In this document: piece by piece, positions 10,577-20,145 of the stretch
How positions within the stretch are numbered: the stretch's first letter is position 1
Layout: each line of letters begins with the position of its first letter
Assembly: GCA_051971635.1 (NCBI GenBank)
Contig: JBFPLN010000001.1
Span: 297,972-361,971 of the forward strand
From: Candidatus Atelocyanobacterium thalassae
Lineage (GTDB): Bacteria > Cyanobacteriota > Cyanobacteriia > Cyanobacteriales > Microcystaceae
Reading direction: 5' to 3'
DNA: 64,000 nt
Notes under the pieces: model-generated
Databases searched by the model: none
The model's input: the letters and a program-made list of their open reading frames with translations, nothing else
What the model was told of the DNA's origin: nothing
Position numbers and translations under genes: made by a program

Positions 10577-11566
10577 GTGGCAAAAATATTAGTAACGGGA
10601 GCAGCTGGTTTCATTGGATTCCATTTGAGTCAATATCTTCTAAAAAATAATAATATTATTATTGGTATTGATAACTTAAATTCTTATTATGAAGTTTCAC
10701 TAAAAAAAGCACGCCTTGATCAGCTTAGAGCTAAAAAAAATTTTACTTTCTATTTAGTAGATATAGCTAATCGAAAACATGTTTCTCAAATATTTACTGA
10801 ACACAAATTTGATTACGTTGTTCATTTAGCTGCCCAAGCTGGTGTTCGTTATTCTATAGAAAATCCATATACTTATGTAGATAGTAATCTAACTGGTTTT
10901 GTTAATATTTTAGAAGAATGTCGTTACGGAGATATTAAACATTTAGTTTACGCTTCGTCTAGTTCTGTATATGGAGCTAACAAAAAAATTCCTTTTTCCA
11001 TTTCAGACAATGTTGATCATCCTTTAAGTTTATATGCAGCTACAAAAAAAGCTAATGAATTAATGGCATATACTTATAGTCATCTATACAAGATTCCCAC
11101 AACAGGACTACGTTTCTTTACAGTTTATGGCCCTTGGGGAAGACCAGATATGGCATACTTCTTATTTACAAAATCAATATTATCAGGCCAGCCTATTAAT
11201 GTTTTTAATCAAGGCAACATGAAGAGAGATTTTACGTATATTGAAGATATTGTTGAAGGAGTTACAAAAGTTATATATAAGGTTCCTATAAACTCTAAAG
11301 CCAATGGGATAGAATCACAAGTGCCATATAGAATTTATAATATCGGTAATAATACGCCAGTAGATCTTAAACATTTTATCGAAATATTAGAAAAATGCTT
11401 AGAACGTCAGGCTATTAAAAAATATTTACCAATGCAGCCAGGAGATGTGCCAATTACCTATGCAAATATAGATAATTTAGCCAAAGATATAGGCTTTAAA
11501 CCTAGTACCAACTTAGCGACAGGTTTAGAAAAATTTGTAAGCTGGTATCGAGAATACTACAAGTAA
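10577..11566 (+). CDS. NAD-dependent epimerase (UDP-glucuronate 4-epimerase type)
   Basis: 'GAAGFIG', 'HLAAQAGVRYS', 'YAATKK', 'GPWGRPDMA'; GTG start. Confidence 0.92.
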   Translation: MAKILVTGAAGFIGFHLSQYLLKNNNIIIGIDNLNSYYEVSLKKARLDQLRAKKNFTFYLVDIANRKHVSQIFTEHKFDYVVHLAAQAGVRYSIENPYTYVDSNLTGFVNILEECRYGDIKHLVYASSSSVYGANKKIPFSISDNVDHPLSLYAATKKANELMAYTYSHLYKIPTTGLRFFTVYGPWGRPDMAYFLFTKSILSGQPINVFNQGNMKRDFTYIEDIVEGVTKVIYKVPINSKANGIESQVPYRIYNIGNNTPVDLKHFIEILEKCLERQAIKKYLPMQPGDVPITYANIDNLAKDIGFKPSTNLATGLEKFVSWYREYYK

Positions 11567-11576
11567 TATTAAAAAA

Positions 11577-12563
11577 TTAATAGTTTTTAAAATATTGGTA
11601 AATGGCCTTGGAAAATTTTTGAATTAATTCTCTACCAGCAGGGTCGTCATAATTTCTTTCTGCAAAAATTGCTCCAATATAACGTTTTCCAGTTGGCATA
11701 TCAATAATACCTGCATCCGCAATAATAGTGCCAATATCCCCAGTCTTATGAGCAATGCTTGCACTTTTTTCTAATCCCTTTGGTAGTAAAGTTTTTGTCC
11801 TTGTTTCCCTCATAATATTTAAGAAGCGATCACGCGATCTTAAACTAATTAAATCTCCTCTTTCTATTCTTAATAAAAGTTTAGTTAAATCTTCAGGACT
11901 TGTTTTATTAGTACCATTTAAATCTGGTAAGGAATTATTAATAATTGTTTGTTTCATTCCCCACTTTTTAAAGCGTTCATTTAAAAAAAATTTTCCACCA
12001 ATCTGTCTTACTAATAGTTCAGTAGCTGTATTATCACTAATAATAATCATTTTTCTAGCGATTTCTAGAGCAGTAAATTGTTTACCTGCTTGCATATATT
12101 GCATATTTCCTGAGCCACCAACGATCATATCTTTATCCATAGTTATCATTTCATTAAGAGATATATCTCCAGCATCAACCTTTTCAAAAAAAGCTATTAA
12201 GATAGGAATCTTAATAGTACTAGCTGCAGATATAGATTTAGTACCGTCAAAATTAACATAAGTATTACTATCTAAGTCAAAAAACCATGCCTTAGGTTCA
12301 ACCTTTGGATATTTTTTATTAATATTTTCTAATTGTTTTTTAAGGGTAGTTAATTCTTTTCCTGTAAACTCATTATTATTACTAAGATATGTCGTTGAAT
12401 AAGAAGAAGTCTTGTATTTAGAATTCAACACTGGAAGTATTGTACCTATAATTATTCCAATACCAGCCCCAATTACGCTAAGACGTATTATGTATATAAA
12501 AATCTTACTTAATATGTTAGAAGAAAGTATCGTAATTAATTTACGGTATTTTACATGATTCAT
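11577..12563 (-). CDS. Class A beta-lactamase-fold serine hydrolase (cyanobacterial PBP-A-like), membrane anchored
   Basis: SxxK 'STIK', 'SDN', 'HKTG'; N-terminal TM segment; 'LPDL' at the omega-loop position. Confidence 0.85.
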   Translation of the reverse strand: MNHVKYRKLITILSSNILSKIFIYIIRLSVIGAGIGIIIGTILPVLNSKYKTSSYSTTYLSNNNEFTGKELTTLKKQLENINKKYPKVEPKAWFFDLDSNTYVNFDGTKSISAASTIKIPILIAFFEKVDAGDISLNEMITMDKDMIVGGSGNMQYMQAGKQFTALEIARKMIIISDNTATELLVRQIGGKFFLNERFKKWGMKQTIINNSLPDLNGTNKTSPEDLTKLLLRIERGDLISLRSRDRFLNIMRETRTKTLLPKGLEKSASIAHKTGDIGTIIADAGIIDMPTGKRYIGAIFAERNYDDPAGRELIQKFSKAIYQYFKNY

Positions 12564-12690
12564 AAATTTTTTTTTAATCTGTAACTTTATAACATAATTA
12601 TATTCTTATTCAGATAAGTCACTAAATTAAAATCTATGAGGCTCTTAATTAATAGTAAAAAGTCTAAAATAAATTTCATGTACTTAAAAA

Positions 12691-12739
12691 ATTAAGGCTA
12701 TATGGTTCTTAGCTTTACAAAGAATTATATAGCCTTAAT
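12691..12739. terminator. Long hairpin in the ndk / PBP-A spacer
   Basis: ATTAAGGCTATAT (12691-12703) / ATATAGCCTTAAT (12727-12739), extendable inward by GGTTCTT/AAGAATT. Confidence 0.5.
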
Positions 12740-13086
12740 AATCAGTTTAAAAGAATACTTTTTTAATTTATTTTACTTATACTAAAATAATTTTAAATGG
12801 TTGAAGCTTATTGTCTGTATATCTTATATACGTATATGTGGCATTGATAATATATAAATTTTCGATATAATTCTAGAATCTATTAAAAACATAGTTGAGT
12901 CTTAGTTATACCCTACTAAAAATAGATAAATAATAAAAGTTACCTAAGTCAAAAAAATCAAGAACTGTTGAATCTCTATATTAGAGTAAGAATATTAATT
13001 ACCTAGATTAAAGTAAAGCCCATATTTACAATGGGCCCAATTATTAACTGGTTAATTTTAAATTAAAAACTAAACAAAAAGAATTT

Positions 13087-13536
13087 TTACTCACATAACC
13101 AACTTTTTAATGTAGGTTCCCAACTAATTAACTCTTTTTCATTAAACCAGAGATCTATTTCTCTTTCGGCAGTTGTAATAGCGTCAGAGCCGTGAACTAA
13201 ATTTCGACCTACATTTATACCAAGATCTCCACGAATACTTCCCGAATCAGCTTCTAAAGGATTTGTTGCTCCAATTATTTTTCTAGAAGATGCTACAACT
13301 CCTTCACCTTCCCATACCATTGCTATGACAGGAGAAGAACATATAAATTCAACTAAATCTCTAAAAAAGGGGCGTTCTTTGTGAATATCATAATGTTCTT
13401 CTGCTAGCTCTTTGCTAACCGATACTAGTTTAAGTCCTAATAAAGTAAATCCTTTAAGTTCAAAACGACTGATAATTTCACTAATCAATTTTCGTTGTAC
13501 ACCATCAGGTTTAATCATAATAAATGTACGTTCCAT
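13087..13536 (-). CDS. ndk: Nucleoside diphosphate kinase
   Basis: '[15 protein letters not shown]', 'NLVHGSD'; SD AGGAG upstream. Confidence 0.98.
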   Translation of the reverse strand: MERTFIMIKPDGVQRKLISEIISRFELKGFTLLGLKLVSVSKELAEEHYDIHKERPFFRDLVEFICSSPVIAMVWEGEGVVASSRKIIGATNPLEADSGSIRGDLGINVGRNLVHGSDAITTAEREIDLWFNEKELISWEPTLKSWLCE

Positions 13537-14065
13537 TTACTTGCTCCTTTAAATTAAATAAACATAATAATTGTTCTTTAAAATTTTATAGTAATATCTT
13601 AATATTTAGGTAGTTTTTTATATAAATAGTAACTTTTTTAAAGTTTCATGATTAATGAAATATATCAACTTTATTCAAACAATAATTATATTAAAATATA
13701 TGCTGTGAAGATATTATTAGATAAGTTTTACATCAGCCAACTAACATATATATTATAAGTTTAACTTGATCATTATCTTAACTTTATCAGTATTTTATTT
13801 TCTATCTTTATCAAAAAATAATCTTATAAGCTATTATGTTTAATAAGTTATCGTAATATCTTAAAATGTTTTATAACTATTTGAGAAGTGTTGTACTGGT
13901 AATTGTAAAGATAAGTCTTTAGCCTTTGATTTTTATGGAAAAGGTATGCATATTTTTATATTTGTCTAACTAAATAAATATTTTTTCAAGTAAAACTATA
14001 AAAATTAAATATCTATTTCTTCGCATATATGGTAATAATATTGATAGCTCTATTGATTATTAATA

Positions 14066-15355
14066 ATGCGTAAGTTTTTTAGTTTAAATATAGTTATATT
14101 TTGGGGATTACTTGGACTAATTATAAGCTTGGTGACTAATTGTAGCTATCAAAATGCTCCTGTAGCTAACGAAGAATTAGAATTTTGGACAATGCAACTA
14201 CAACCAAAATTTACTTCATATATTACTAAACTAATTGAAGAATTTGAGAAAGATAATGAAAATATAACAATTCGTTGGACTGATATTCCTTGGGAAGCAA
14301 TGGAAAATAAAATTTTAACAGCAGTTTTATCAAACACTACCCCAGATATCGTTAACCTTAACTCTAACTTTGCCGCCAAATTGGCTAACCGTAACGTTTG
14401 GTTAGATTTTAATCAATATATTTCTCATAAAATTAAAAAAAATTATCTATCAAATATTCAAAACTCAAGTAACATAGGTGGTTCTATTTTTGGATTACCA
14501 TGGTATCTAACTACTCAAATTACTTTATATAATAAAAATCTATTTGAACAAGCTAATATAACTAGTCCACCAAAAACTTTTAATGAATTAGCAGATGTTG
14601 CAACTGAAATAAAAAAGAAAACCGGGAAATATGCTACGTTTTTTACTTTTGTTCCTGGAGACTCTGGAGAAATTTTAGAGTCTTTAGTTAAAATGGGGGT
14701 TACATTGATTAATGATGAAGGGAAAGCAGGATTTAATACACCTGAAGGGATAAAGGCTTTCCAATACTGGGTTTCTCTATATAAACAAGGATTATTACCT
14801 CCAGAGGTTCTAACTCAAGGACATAGGCATGGTCTTGAACTATATCAGTCTGGAGAAATTGCACTATTATCAACGGGCGTTGAATCATTTTCAATGATCA
14901 AAAAAAATGCTCCTACTATCGCACAAGTATCTATTGCTGCTTCGCAGATTACTGGTAACACAGGGAAAAAGAACGTTGCAGTTATGAATTTATTTATTCC
15001 TCATAGTACTGAAAAAGTAGAAGAAGCAATAAAATTTGCAGAGTTTGTAACTAGTACTGATAATCAATTAGCCTTTGCAAAGCAAGCTAATGTTTTACCT
15101 TCAACTGTGGATGGTATAAAAGCTTATATATATGAACAAAAACAGTTAAAGCATTCAACTCCTTTATCGAATGCAATTATTGTAAGTGCAACGCAATTAA
15201 AAAATACAGAGACTTTAATACCTATACAGGCAAAAATGAATCAATTGCAAAAAATTATCTATGAGAATTTACAATATGCCATGTTAGAGAAGAAGTCTGT
15301 TAAGGAAGCAGTATCTGATGCTGCTGAAGCTTGGAATAATTTTATTATTGAATAG
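14066..15355 (+). CDS. Sugar ABC transporter substrate-binding lipoprotein
   Basis: Lipobox-like 'VTNC', 'EFWTMQLQPKF', 'PWYLTT'; SBP_bac_1-like. Confidence 0.85.
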   Translation: MRKFFSLNIVIFWGLLGLIISLVTNCSYQNAPVANEELEFWTMQLQPKFTSYITKLIEEFEKDNENITIRWTDIPWEAMENKILTAVLSNTTPDIVNLNSNFAAKLANRNVWLDFNQYISHKIKKNYLSNIQNSSNIGGSIFGLPWYLTTQITLYNKNLFEQANITSPPKTFNELADVATEIKKKTGKYATFFTFVPGDSGEILESLVKMGVTLINDEGKAGFNTPEGIKAFQYWVSLYKQGLLPPEVLTQGHRHGLELYQSGEIALLSTGVESFSMIKKNAPTIAQVSIAASQITGNTGKKNVAVMNLFIPHSTEKVEEAIKFAEFVTSTDNQLAFAKQANVLPSTVDGIKAYIYEQKQLKHSTPLSNAIIVSATQLKNTETLIPIQAKMNQLQKIIYENLQYAMLEKKSVKEAVSDAAEAWNNFIIE

Positions 15356-15481
15356 TAAGGCGTTATAGTAGAATTTGATTAGTTAAAAATTAATCTAACT
15401 ATCATTATGTTTTATATTATGTATATATATTTTTAAATATGGATAATTATCATTTATGATATGATGTTAGGTGTTAAATAT

Positions 15482-15811
15482 GGGACTATAGCTCAGACGG
15501 ATAGAGCGAGCGCCTCCTGAAATTCGGGCATTCTGAGTGGAAACATCAGATATGAATGTGGTCAAATTCAAGGAAACCTAAGTCCTTATCAGGATAAGGC
15601 AATCTTGAGCCAAGCTCTACAACCCTATTTAGAGAAGGTGCAGAGACTGGTTATCAGTATTTAGGGAAATTTTTTAATTAGATAGGCTGATAACATTACG
15701 GCCACCACCTAAGGATAAGATAATATCTAGGGTGAAGGAATAGTCCAGAGAGTGGGGAAACTTACACAAATCTGAAGCGCTAGGTCGCTGGTTCGAATCC
15801 AGCTAGTCCCG
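15482..15811 (+). tRNA. trnR-CCU: tRNA-Arg(CCU) interrupted by a group I intron (exons 15482-15518 and 15775-15811)
   Basis: Joined exons give a 74-nt cloverleaf: acceptor GGGACTA/TAGTCCC, D arm GCTC..GAGC, anticodon stem AGCGC/GCGCT with loop CTCCT^AA, T loop GTTCGAATC. No encoded CCA. Confidence 0.95.
15519..15774 (+). ncRNA. Group I self-splicing intron (256 nt, no ORF)
   Basis: Exon ends in U, intron ends in G; P1 CCU^GA-aau-UCGGG with U.G at the splice site; P AAATTCAAGGAAACC, Q GGCAATCTTGAGCCAAG, R GTGCAGAGACT, S GAAGGAATAGTCC; P3 GTGGTC/GGCCAC; P8 CACC/GGTG; P9 with GAAA loop. Confidence 0.92.
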
Positions 15812-15929
15812 TTAACGTATTATAAATTTTATGGTCTTATATGACTTAGTACATAAATTATGATTCTATTTTTATTTATCCCATAAAAATTAAGAAATAA
15901 ACCAATTTATTTTAGGATCTGCTGATAGC

Positions 15930-16388
15930 ATGACTTGTTTATATAATAGGCCTCGTTTTTGTTTATTAGAAATTAGTTTGGTTTTATTTTTATGCTTAAC
16001 AACTACTGTTCGTGCTCAAGGGAAACAGCGCATTTATAATCCTATCCCATTAGAATATCAATCGGAAATGTATGATCGTCTATCCGATCAAGATATTCCG
16101 ACAGGAGAAGGAGGTTTTGCTAAAGATTATTGGGTCAAGCTTGAGAAAGGAGATCAAGTAGCAGTTGACTTAATGTCTGATGAATTTGATAGTGTTGTAT
16201 TATTACTTGGAGCAGATGGGACAACGATAGCGGAAAATGATGATGGTCCTGATGGTAGTACAAATTCCCTTTTATTTTCTCGTATTACAGAAAGCGGTCG
16301 ATACATTATTCGTGTTCATGCTTTCGGGGAGACAGGTGGAGGAAATTTTAGATTAAAAGTTACTAGATTACGTCCTATTAATTATTAA
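15930..16388 (+). CDS. Secreted PPC (pre-peptidase C-terminal) domain protein
   Basis: Signal peptide; 'LMSDEFDS', 'AENDDG', 'GRYIIRV'. Confidence 0.8.
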   Translation: MTCLYNRPRFCLLEISLVLFLCLTTTVRAQGKQRIYNPIPLEYQSEMYDRLSDQDIPTGEGGFAKDYWVKLEKGDQVAVDLMSDEFDSVVLLLGADGTTIAENDDGPDGSTNSLLFSRITESGRYIIRVHAFGETGGGNFRLKVTRLRPINY

Positions 16389-17130
16389 AATTCAAAACCA
16401 ATACGCATAATATTAACGATTCTGTCCATTCTACTACCGCACCGTAGGTATCTCCTGTATGACCTCCAAACTGTTTGTTAAACCAAGAACTTACTCCAAT
16501 AGAAATAATAAGACTAGTCGTAACAATAATCATTCCTAGTATCTCTTTATGTGAAATGAATACTATCCAAATTATATTTATAACTAATAAACTTAATATT
16601 CCAAACAATAAATCTTGAGGATAGTTAATATATTGTTTATGGAGAAGACCTTTTCCTACCTTTTTTAGATAGGGGTAAAAACTTATTGAAAAAACCTGTG
16701 CCCACCTGCCCCATCCATAGGTAAGGATTAAAATCCATAAGCGATTATTACTAATAGCACTTAAAGCAACAATTTTTAAAATAATTACCATTATTCCAGC
16801 AATTACACCAAAAGCTCCAGTTGAGCTATCCTGCATTGCCATTAATCTCTTTTGAGGATCATTTAATGTTATTCCATCAGCACTATCAATAACCCCGTCT
16901 AAATGTAATCCCCCAGTTATAAAAATACCTAAAAAGATTGTTAAAGTACTTCTAACTATAATAGGAAATCCAATAAATGTTAATATGTGGTCTACTATTC
17001 CCAATAATGTTCCAATTAAAAGGCCTACGATAGGAGACCAAGCCGCAATAGATTGAAAGCTTCTTGTCCAATTTTTTGGTAGTGGAATAATTGTATAAAA
17101 AGTAATTGACCCTAGTAAAGATTTTAACAA
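16378..17130 (-). CDS. cobS: Adenosylcobinamide-GDP ribazoletransferase (cobalamin synthase)
   Basis: 'TGGLHLDGVIDSADG', 'MQDSSTGAFG', 'GGHTGDTYGAVVE'; TTG start. Confidence 0.93.
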   Translation of the reverse strand: MLKSLLGSITFYTIIPLPKNWTRSFQSIAAWSPIVGLLIGTLLGIVDHILTFIGFPIIVRSTLTIFLGIFITGGLHLDGVIDSADGITLNDPQKRLMAMQDSSTGAFGVIAGIMVIILKIVALSAISNNRLWILILTYGWGRWAQVFSISFYPYLKKVGKGLLHKQYINYPQDLLFGILSLLVINIIWIVFISHKEILGMIIVTTSLIISIGVSSWFNKQFGGHTGDTYGAVVEWTESLILCVLVLNFNN

Positions 17131-17283
17131 AATTTTAAATAATTAATAAATAACAATACTTAATGTATTTTAAGTATAATATTTTGGAATATTAAAATTA
17201 TGCTCAATATTTTTTTATATAAAAAGCCTAATCTATAAATAATATCTATACCTAGTCTAAAAAGCTAAAAAATATTTTAAAAA

Positions 17284-18171
17284 TCAAGTTATTAACCATA
17301 ATATTATAGGTAAAGTCAAAAAGCTAAAGATAGTAGTTAAAATAACTGTACGTACAACTTGATTTACTTCTCCTCCAAATTCTGTACTTAGAACAACTGT
17401 ATTTATTGCTGTTGGCATTGCACTTTGTAGAATTAAAACCTGTAAATCTAGATTCTTTAAGCCTATGATTTCTCCTACGCATAAAGCTATAAAGGGAGCT
17501 AGAATTAATCGAAAACTTAGTGAAGTTAGCTCTAAACTAGTTATTTTCAACTTTGTATTTCTCAACTCCATTCCTAATACAATAAGGGCAATAGGAATAG
17601 AAGATCTACCCAAAATATTTAATACTTCATGTAAATTAAAAGGAATTTTTATATGTAATACTCTTAGTATTATCCCCAGCAACATTGCCCATATCAATGG
17701 CAGCTTAAAAATTACTTGTATACTATTTTTTAAACTAGTTCCAGCCAAAAAAGCTGGCATGATAACAAAAAGTAATATACTTGACCCTATCATATAAATA
17801 ACAGCTCTTTCTAATCCAGAAGGACCTAATGCAAATTCTATTAATGGTAAACCCATATTTCCATTATTTGGATGCAAAGTAGAAGCTATTAAGCTTTTAT
17901 AAATTGTTGGTGAAATTCTAAAATAGTAGCTAAACCAGCTGACTAGAATATACAGTACTAAGGCAATTATAAAAACACCTAATAATAGCTGTAACATACT
18001 ATTACTAGACATGTTGGTAGTGTATAAACTGTCAGTGACTAATGCTGGAAATAATATATAAACAATTAATTTTGATAATGTTGTCTTATGAAGATCTAAT
18101 TTTTTTCCTACAGTAGCACCAATAACAATAATGGAAATAATAGGAAAAATAACGGATAAAAGAGCAGTCAT
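17284..18171 (-). CDS. AEC (auxin efflux carrier/malate permease) family transporter
   Basis: 'PNNGNMGLPL', 'QSAMPTA'; about 10 TM segments. Confidence 0.88.
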   Translation of the reverse strand: MTALLSVIFPIISIIVIGATVGKKLDLHKTTLSKLIVYILFPALVTDSLYTTNMSSNSMLQLLLGVFIIALVLYILVSWFSYYFRISPTIYKSLIASTLHPNNGNMGLPLIEFALGPSGLERAVIYMIGSSILLFVIMPAFLAGTSLKNSIQVIFKLPLIWAMLLGIILRVLHIKIPFNLHEVLNILGRSSIPIALIVLGMELRNTKLKITSLELTSLSFRLILAPFIALCVGEIIGLKNLDLQVLILQSAMPTAINTVVLSTEFGGEVNQVVRTVILTTIFSFLTLPIILWLIT

Positions 18172-18412
18172 TGATAAGATATGGTTTACATAATATTAAC
18201 TGTACTAAAAAATAAATAGTTTCGCTCAAAAAGTACTGTAAGTTAGATAATACTACTTAAGCTTTTTCATATATAAGAACTCAGTTACTGTTAAGCGAAA
18301 ATTATACTAATTAAGACTTATAGATATAGATTTATGAATCTTATTATAAAAATCAAAAAGTATACCTAAGAATTGTTTCAATTCTAAAAATCACTAAAAA
18401 ACAGGTAATATT

Positions 18413-19471
18413 TTAAAGTTCATCCCATCCACTGACTCCAGAAGACATAACATAACTAGTTACTGTAGCTTCGAAAAAGTTTGCTTTAGTATGTCCATCT
18501 TTTTTAGTATCAGAAAACCTTTCTAGATGACTATAGGGACTCTTAGTATATTGTTCCCCAGTATAAAGTGGTTCTAAACCTATAGAGCGCAATCTAATAT
18601 TAGCTAAATATTTTGTATATTGTTCTGTACTAGATTCGGTAATACCTAGTATGTTGTTACCAACAATATGATTAGTCCATCGACATTCATGATTAACAGC
18701 TGTATCAAACATTTCATAAATTTGCTCAGTAGAATGAGGAAAAACTTTTCTCGCTTCAGGAATAAGCTTTTGATATAGTCTTACATGACTTAACTCATCT
18801 CTGTTTATCATTTTGAAGATATCTGCAGATCCTGGCATTAACATTCTAGATGCTAGATTATAAAAAAAAATAAATCCGTTATAGAAATATAACCCCTCCA
18901 GTAAAAAATCTGCCAGTAGCGCTATAAAGTAGTTTTCCGCTGTAGGATTGTCAATGTATTTTTGATATATTTTTGCAATAAATTCACATCGACTCTTTAA
19001 AACTTTATCAACACGCCAAAATTCATACACTTGATTTCTCCTGTCTGGAGGAACAATTGTTTCTATTATGTATTGATAGCTTTGATTATGCATACCTTCT
19101 TGAGATATTTGTTCAGCCATGCATAAACTAACTTCTGGAGCTGTTATACTACTTTTAAGATGAGGAATATTACAAGTTTGAATAGAGTCTAAAAAAGTAA
19201 GGTATGATAGTATCCCGTCATAAGCATAACGCTCATCTTCTGTTAGATTCGAATAATCTGTTACATCTTGAGTTATATCCAATCGTTGAGGAATCCAGAA
19301 ATTTTCCCTCATTTGCTGATACAAACCAACTGCCCAAGAATATCGCACATCATTCAGCTGCATTAAATTAGTTGTATTTCCAAACCAGATAGCTCTATTT
19401 TCAATAGCATCATCTCCTTCCGGATTGAAAATAGGATTAATTGACATTGCTGTTTGTTTATCTATAATCAT
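18413..19471 (-). CDS. nrdB: Class I ribonucleotide reductase beta subunit
   Basis: 'LDSIQ', 'QEGMHNQSY' (radical Tyr), 'LEGLYFYNGF', 'RDELSH', 'NFFE'. Confidence 0.93.
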   Translation of the reverse strand: MIIDKQTAMSINPIFNPEGDDAIENRAIWFGNTTNLMQLNDVRYSWAVGLYQQMRENFWIPQRLDITQDVTDYSNLTEDERYAYDGILSYLTFLDSIQTCNIPHLKSSITAPEVSLCMAEQISQEGMHNQSYQYIIETIVPPDRRNQVYEFWRVDKVLKSRCEFIAKIYQKYIDNPTAENYFIALLADFLLEGLYFYNGFIFFYNLASRMLMPGSADIFKMINRDELSHVRLYQKLIPEARKVFPHSTEQIYEMFDTAVNHECRWTNHIVGNNILGITESSTEQYTKYLANIRLRSIGLEPLYTGEQYTKSPYSHLERFSDTKKDGHTKANFFEATVTSYVMSSGVSGWDEL

Positions 19472-20145
19472 TTCAATTACATAGTAAATTCTTATAAAAT
19501 AATTATATATGATTTAAATATATACTATCCAAGTTCTGGCACTTACTTTTTAAATATTGAGTCATACTCACTTTAAATTAATTTCTACCTGGTTATAACT
19601 AGATAGAAATGCATTAACTGACGCGTAAAACATATTTTTCATAACATTTCTTTTTAATACAAAAAATATTATTTTATTTAAACATGATATATCAATAAAA
19701 TTATTAAATAAAAAAACTCTCTAAACTATATAGTTAATATTAATTCCTCTACTAAAAGCTATAGTTATAGTATTAGATGACAGTTTTATAATAATGGATA
19801 ACTTTCTTCACTATAAGTTAAGAATACTTAGTGAATCTATCCATACTGCTCTAAGAAATTGTAATAGTTCTCATGCCAAGTAGGACATATTAAAGTATCA
19901 TCAGATCTCTCTAAGGTAGAATGTAGTATTTTATCTAGGGTCTTTCGATTAAACAGAAAAATAAAAAAATTTTAGTAAAAAAAGAGGTGATTTAGAATTT
20001 TTAATCTTTGTAAGGCTCATCTATTCTGAAATTTTATTTACAATAAAGATAGAACATTATTATTTTATTACTTTTTAAATTAGTGAAACTTATTTTCAAA
20101 AGAGTATTTGTTTAAAAATCCTTCAATACAATCTATTTTCTTAAT

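Noticed and set aside
11577..12563. Antibiotic-resistance beta-lactamase
   Set aside because: It appears to lack the Glu166-type omega-loop residue and has a membrane anchor, fitting the housekeeping cyanobacterial PBP-A family.
15519..15774. Homing endonuclease within the intron
   Set aside because: The intron is 256 nt and accounted for by ribozyme structure; no substantial ORF.
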